Source: Bdellovibrio sp. (GTDB lineage Bacteria > Myxococcota > SpSt-1050). Taken from it: DNA of 64,000 nt. Where the stretch lies: NCBI GenBank assembly GCA_020725805.1, contig DYEF01000072.1, positions 148-64,147 on the forward strand. Direction: 5' to 3'. Within the stretch, counting starts at the first letter, position 1. Every line of letters begins with the position of its first letter. The translations under genes and the position numbers were made by a program. Below are positions 60,301-64,000 of the stretch, piece by piece. Below the pieces are notes generated by a model. It ran no database searches. It worked only from the letters and a program-made list of their open reading frames with translations, and was not told the origin of the DNA.

Positions 60301-63300
60301 GAATTCTCTGTTGATATATCTGTATTGAAGGCAGGACTCTATAAAATCTATTATGAAACTACCGATGATTTCGGTGAAAAATACGAAACCTTTAAAACCT
60401 TTATAGTTGCTGATTCTGTGACCAGATTCAATCTTCCTCTTGTCTTTTATGCACAGAAGAATTCGTATAAAGTAGGAGAGAAGGCGAGATTTCTGATAAA
60501 TTCCGGGCTGAAAGCACAGGATATCTATTTATACCAGTATCAGTCCGGCAAGACAGAGAAAGAAGAGATACTCAATTCCGGAAAAGATTCCCCGTTATAT
60601 GAACTAAATGTTGAAGAGAGAATGCGCGGGGGATTTGTACTTTATTCTTCTGTCTACAATGACTATCAGACAATACAGATGTATGAGTATATCACAGTAC
60701 CGTGGGACAACAAGGAATTAAAGATCGAATTTGTTACTTTCAGGGATACAGTCAGGCCCGGCTCGAAGGAGACATTTAAGATTAAGGTAAGTGCGCCTGA
60801 CGGCGTTAGGAATCTGAACAAGATTACTGAATTGTTGTCATATATGTACGACAGGTCACTGGATTACTTTACTCCTCACACATATACCTCGGTGCTGAGT
60901 CTGTATCCTAATAAGATATCTCACGGATATGTGAGGAGCAATCTAATGCAGACCCATCCTTACTGGGTAAGTGCCAACGGTTTTAATCCCATTCCGGCAA
61001 TGCTTTATCTCACGCCTGACTACCTTAAGTATATCTCCGGTTACGGAATCGGTGGTCCGGGTTACAGACGCAGAGGTAAGATAATGTTTGATAGTGTGGA
61101 TTACGAAGGCAAATTGATGGGAGCCTCCGATACTGCAAAACCGATGAGAAAAATGGCAAAGACGGCTGTGGAGAGTGTAGCACCGGCGGCAGAGGAGAAA
61201 CCGGCTTCGGGAGGCGGGGGAGCACCGAAGCAGGCTCTGGCATCGAGAGGGGCAGCGGGTTTGAAAGAAGAGACTCAGACAAAAGAGGCGGATAAGAATA
61301 TGGAAGACGCAAGAGATGGTAAAGAAAAGGCTGTTGAACTTCGCTCTGATTTCGCCGAAACTGCATTCTTTTTGCCTCATCTTCTATTAGAATCGGACAA
61401 TACTGCGTCGATTGAATTTAAGGTCCCTGATTCGGTAACTTCGTATAATCTCTTTGTTCACGCGATAACCAAAGACCTTATGGGTGGTTCGGTTAATAAA
61501 GAAGTCAAGGCGGTAAAGGAGATTATGGTGAGGCCTTATGTCCCGAGATTCTTACGCGAGGGTGATGAGGCAGAGATCAAGGTTGTAATCAATAATGCGT
61601 CTGACAAGGAATTGTCAGGTGAGTTGAAGTTCGAGATACTTGAAATAGGCACAGAAAAGAGTCTGGTATCCGAATTCGGACTTTTGGAAAAGGATACTCT
61701 TAGGAACTTTACAGTTAAGCCAAAGGGTTCGGAAAATTTTGCTTTCGGACTTAAGGTTCCGGTCAAGATTGACCTTGTAAATTTTAAGGTCACCGCACGT
61801 ACAAAGGATTTCTCGGACGGCGAACTCAGGCCAATACCTGTATTGCCGGGCAGGATGCATCTTATTCAGAGTAAATTTGTAGTCTTAAAGGATAAATCGA
61901 GTAAGACGATAAAATTCGATGACCTCGCCAGAAAGGATGACCCCACACTCATTAATGACCAGATGGTAATTACTGTTGATGCACAACTCTTCTTTACAGT
62001 TCTTCAGTCTCTGCCTTATCTGGTAAATTATCCTTATGAATGCACGGAGCAGACACTCAACAGATTCGTCTCTTCTGGCATAGTAAGTTCGGTTTACAGT
62101 ACGCATCCGGCGATTGCGAAGATGGCTGAGACATTTTCAAAGGAACGCGATACCAGATTCGAAAAATGGGATGCACCTGACCCGAACCGCAAAATGATGC
62201 TCGAGGAGACCCCATGGCTGAATATGGCAAAAGGAGGCTTCGAAGCGAAGGAGGACCTTGTAAATATTCTGAACCCTGAGATTGCAAAAATAGAGAGAGA
62301 TATTTCATTGAATAAACTCAGGAAGGCCCAGACCGCAATCGGAGGATTCCCCTGGTTCCCGGGAGGACCACCGTCACCTTATATTACACTTTATATTTTG
62401 TATGGCTTTTCAAAGGCACTTGAGTTTAAGGTAGATGTCCCGAAGGATATAATCTTACGGGGATGGCAGTATCTGCATCAGCATTACATTACGGAAATAT
62501 GGCCTTATGCAAAGGCTCACGACTGCTGCTGGGAGACAATAACTTTCCTGAATTATGTCCTTTCAAACTATCCGAATAGTTCTTATTACGGAGGAATATT
62601 TACAGCCGCTGAAAGGGAAGAGATGCTGGATTTCAGTTTCAGACACTGGAAGCGGCATTCACCATATCTCAAGGGCTATCTGGCACTAACGCTTGAAAGG
62701 ATGAACAGACATAAGGATGCGGTTCTGGTCTTCGAAAATGTTATGGATTCAGCAAAATATTCTGAAGAGGAAGGCACTCACTGGGCTCCTGAAGACAGAG
62801 GCTGGCTCTGGTACAATGATTCCATTGAGACACATGCATTTGCAATCAGAACCTTACTTGAGGTGATGCCAAAAGAGAAGAAACTGGACGGGCTCGTACA
62901 GTGGATTCTTATGAATAAAAAACTCAATCACTGGAAATCCACAAGAGCTACTGCTGAAGTAATTTATTCACTTATTAAGTATATGGAGGCAAATAAGACG
63001 CTCGGGATTAAAGAGGAAGCAAAGGTCCTGATAGGTAAGGACGAGTACAGATTCATCTTCGAACCCGATAGGTATACAGGGAAGAAGAATCAGATAGTAA
63101 TTCCTAAAGAAAAGATAGACCCGGATACGACATCGAAGATTACAATTGATAAAGTTACAAAAGGGTTTATGTTTGCCTCTGCTACCTGGCACTTCTCAAC
63201 AGAGAAGCTGCCGGATGCCGAGCGTGGAGACCTGTTTTTTATTTCACGTAAATATTTTAAGAGAGAACCGTCACCGAAGGGGTTTATATTAAAACCGCTT

Positions 63301-63663
63301 GAAGATAGTACAAAGATTGCGGTAGGAGACCAGATTGAGGTGCAGATTTCAATTAAATCAAAACACCCTGCTGAATATGTACACTTAAAGGATCCGAGAC
63401 CGTCCGGATGTGAACCGGAGAGCACGGTCTCACGTCACAAATGGGATCTTGGTATTTATTGGTATGAAGAGGTTAGAGACTCCGCTCAGAACTTTTTCTT
63501 TGAACATTTGCCTCAGGGAGAATATACATTCAGATACAGGATCAGGGCAAATATGGCAGGACAGTTTAAGGTTGCACCTGCCACCATTCAGTCAATGTAT
63601 GCCCCTGAGTTCAACGCATATTCAACCGGAGAAACGATAAAGATATTAAGTAGTGAAAAATAG
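57385..63663 (+). CDS. Alpha-2-macroglobulin family protein
   Basis: FTDRSIYRP, VEEYKRPTFEV, LRSDFAETAFF, PRFLREGD, thioester motif YPYECTEQT, YRIRA..G.F..APA..QSMYAPEF. Confidence 0.93.
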   Translation: MKRISLVLFAGLIALSLSFTCGGNNTDASTGLNATEAKKGPEKSVSENDMKQIVAEYKPEKIYKKEKWENISEPNVAEWDKVKKLMNEQKYEAAYSELEKILKKFRESNDNERVTHTLMKMVQLRMSLHGYETAVKFLKSEEWPDGLYSQMVLNLYYAYSLVNYYNAYSWEINQREKVETGKEIDLKKFTKDDIYYEAQKAYLNVFGSREELSGVKVKTFSNYITPNSYPERIRGTLRDAVSYLYTDLLNNTSLWRPEELNEVYALPLGDMISVKKILVNLNDRDTHPLLKIVYILDDLYEWHRSKGEEEAAFEAFLTKIEILNNRFTSLEDKARIKESLENNLKKIEHLEWWSVGMAKLADFYMLENRPDSLIKAHKVTVDCQKRFSSSIGAKMCLSKQKSIESPSLEISGMSVDKTDKRSVMISYKNLTNAYFRAFKLDFFSLLNKAYDYYLYPQYKQLDDIVFGNKPDFEWSVELEQTKDFQIHKKYITPPFKEKGLYLIAVSARKNFSKSDNVIKGVYMVISDMVIESRNDYDSLLKIRVIDGESGSPVKDAEVCLYRYDWQGGHKKHQCNKSDSFGSAKFSESYQSSSYFTVVKKGNDFTTDMQYSYFYKPGTPYPSERTLVFTDRSIYRPLQKIKWKIIQFYGDYTKGDYKIMPDRKLEVFLYDYNSQVVEKKEVTTNEFGTASGEFNIPKGRILGSWRIGTAWGAQYIKVEEYKRPTFEVTLKKPESPLRLNKEAEITGEVKYYFGLPVATGKVKYVITRQAEFPFWWGYYIYYYSYYGFYGYNQNPQTIATGDAVLDKDGKFRIKFVPVADERLSKTSKGTSYRYRINVDVTDEGGETRSAEQSYRVGFSSVEAKILSDMKFFVSGEKDNKLKILRTGLNDEPKSGNGKYRIVRLKEPDKTVMPAEMPSELPDFLKGQGFEQYMHKDDSIKARWERDYLVDRIIFGLKDDIQVSAGETVHKEDGEFSVDISVLKAGLYKIYYETTDDFGEKYETFKTFIVADSVTRFNLPLVFYAQKNSYKVGEKARFLINSGLKAQDIYLYQYQSGKTEKEEILNSGKDSPLYELNVEERMRGGFVLYSSVYNDYQTIQMYEYITVPWDNKELKIEFVTFRDTVRPGSKETFKIKVSAPDGVRNLNKITELLSYMYDRSLDYFTPHTYTSVLSLYPNKISHGYVRSNLMQTHPYWVSANGFNPIPAMLYLTPDYLKYISGYGIGGPGYRRRGKIMFDSVDYEGKLMGASDTAKPMRKMAKTAVESVAPAAEEKPASGGGGAPKQALASRGAAGLKEETQTKEADKNMEDARDGKEKAVELRSDFAETAFFLPHLLLESDNTASIEFKVPDSVTSYNLFVHAITKDLMGGSVNKEVKAVKEIMVRPYVPRFLREGDEAEIKVVINNASDKELSGELKFEILEIGTEKSLVSEFGLLEKDTLRNFTVKPKGSENFAFGLKVPVKIDLVNFKVTARTKDFSDGELRPIPVLPGRMHLIQSKFVVLKDKSSKTIKFDDLARKDDPTLINDQMVITVDAQLFFTVLQSLPYLVNYPYECTEQTLNRFVSSGIVSSVYSTHPAIAKMAETFSKERDTRFEKWDAPDPNRKMMLEETPWLNMAKGGFEAKEDLVNILNPEIAKIERDISLNKLRKAQTAIGGFPWFPGGPPSPYITLYILYGFSKALEFKVDVPKDIILRGWQYLHQHYITEIWPYAKAHDCCWETITFLNYVLSNYPNSSYYGGIFTAAEREEMLDFSFRHWKRHSPYLKGYLALTLERMNRHKDAVLVFENVMDSAKYSEEEGTHWAPEDRGWLWYNDSIETHAFAIRTLLEVMPKEKKLDGLVQWILMNKKLNHWKSTRATAEVIYSLIKYMEANKTLGIKEEAKVLIGKDEYRFIFEPDRYTGKKNQIVIPKEKIDPDTTSKITIDKVTKGFMFASATWHFSTEKLPDAERGDLFFISRKYFKREPSPKGFILKPLEDSTKIAVGDQIEVQISIKSKHPAEYVHLKDPRPSGCEPESTVSRHKWDLGIYWYEEVRDSAQNFFFEHLPQGEYTFRYRIRANMAGQFKVAPATIQSMYAPEFNAYSTGETIKILSSEK

Positions 63664-63664
63664 C

Positions 63665-63790
63665 AATTCCTATAATTCTCTGGTAATTCTCTAATTCTCC
63701 TCTAATTCTCAATTCTCTAGTGCCAGGCATCGGGTGGCTGGTGTTGTGTCTGGTGCCAGGCATAATGGGTAGTTATGGGTAGTTTTGGTA
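63665..63790 (+). repeat. Low-complexity short repeats after the A2M gene
   Basis: Five to six AATTCTC-like units (63665-63718), two GTGCCAGGCAT (63720, 63753), ATGGGTAGTT tandem (63765-63784). Confidence 0.65.
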
Positions 63791-64000
63791 TGTTTTCGGT
63801 CTTTTTCAGCCTCATCCAATATAGGTTTTCCTGAATCCCGGCCTTAAGATTATCTCCTTATAACCTTTTATCCGGTCTTTTCTCTATCCTGTATGAATTA
63901 TTTTATACTTCTCCCCATAATATCCCGGAAATTTCCCTCTTCTGATTACACCTCCCCCCAAAGTTTACTTCTTTTCTGTATTTTTCTGTATATTAGATCT

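Overview
Gene-dense bacterial chromosomal window of moderate-to-low GC. Gene content looks myxobacterial/deltaproteobacterial: HTH-pilMNOPQ, a TonB-fused TonB-dependent receptor, Asp-rich lipoprotein linkers and GCxC C-termini. It encodes many exported hydrolases (neutral-ceramidase family, alpha/beta hydrolases, metallophosphoesterase, amidase, 5'-nucleotidase, PHP protein, transglutaminase-like protein, alpha-2-macroglobulin). It also carries envelope glycosylation and heptose genes, pyrK/pyrD, rimI, msrAB, tRNA-Val(CAC) and a three-gene restriction-modification-like island. Best leads: (1) two exported enzymes ending in a very short SDSSGC[SG]C-x4 tail with no transmembrane helix, a candidate new sorting/lipidation signal; (2) a promoter-driven ~100-nt three-way-junction ncRNA candidate convergent with the RM helicase-nuclease; (3) a circularly permuted esterase lipoprotein beside the ceramidase; (4) a foreign-looking cassette bounded by 61-bp promoter-containing direct repeats; (5) a covarying REP-like hairpin cluster and a dispersed intergenic GGTGYCAGGYA motif; (6) an apparent specificity-domain swap inside the methyltransferase. 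All calls come from reading motifs by eye; no searches were run.
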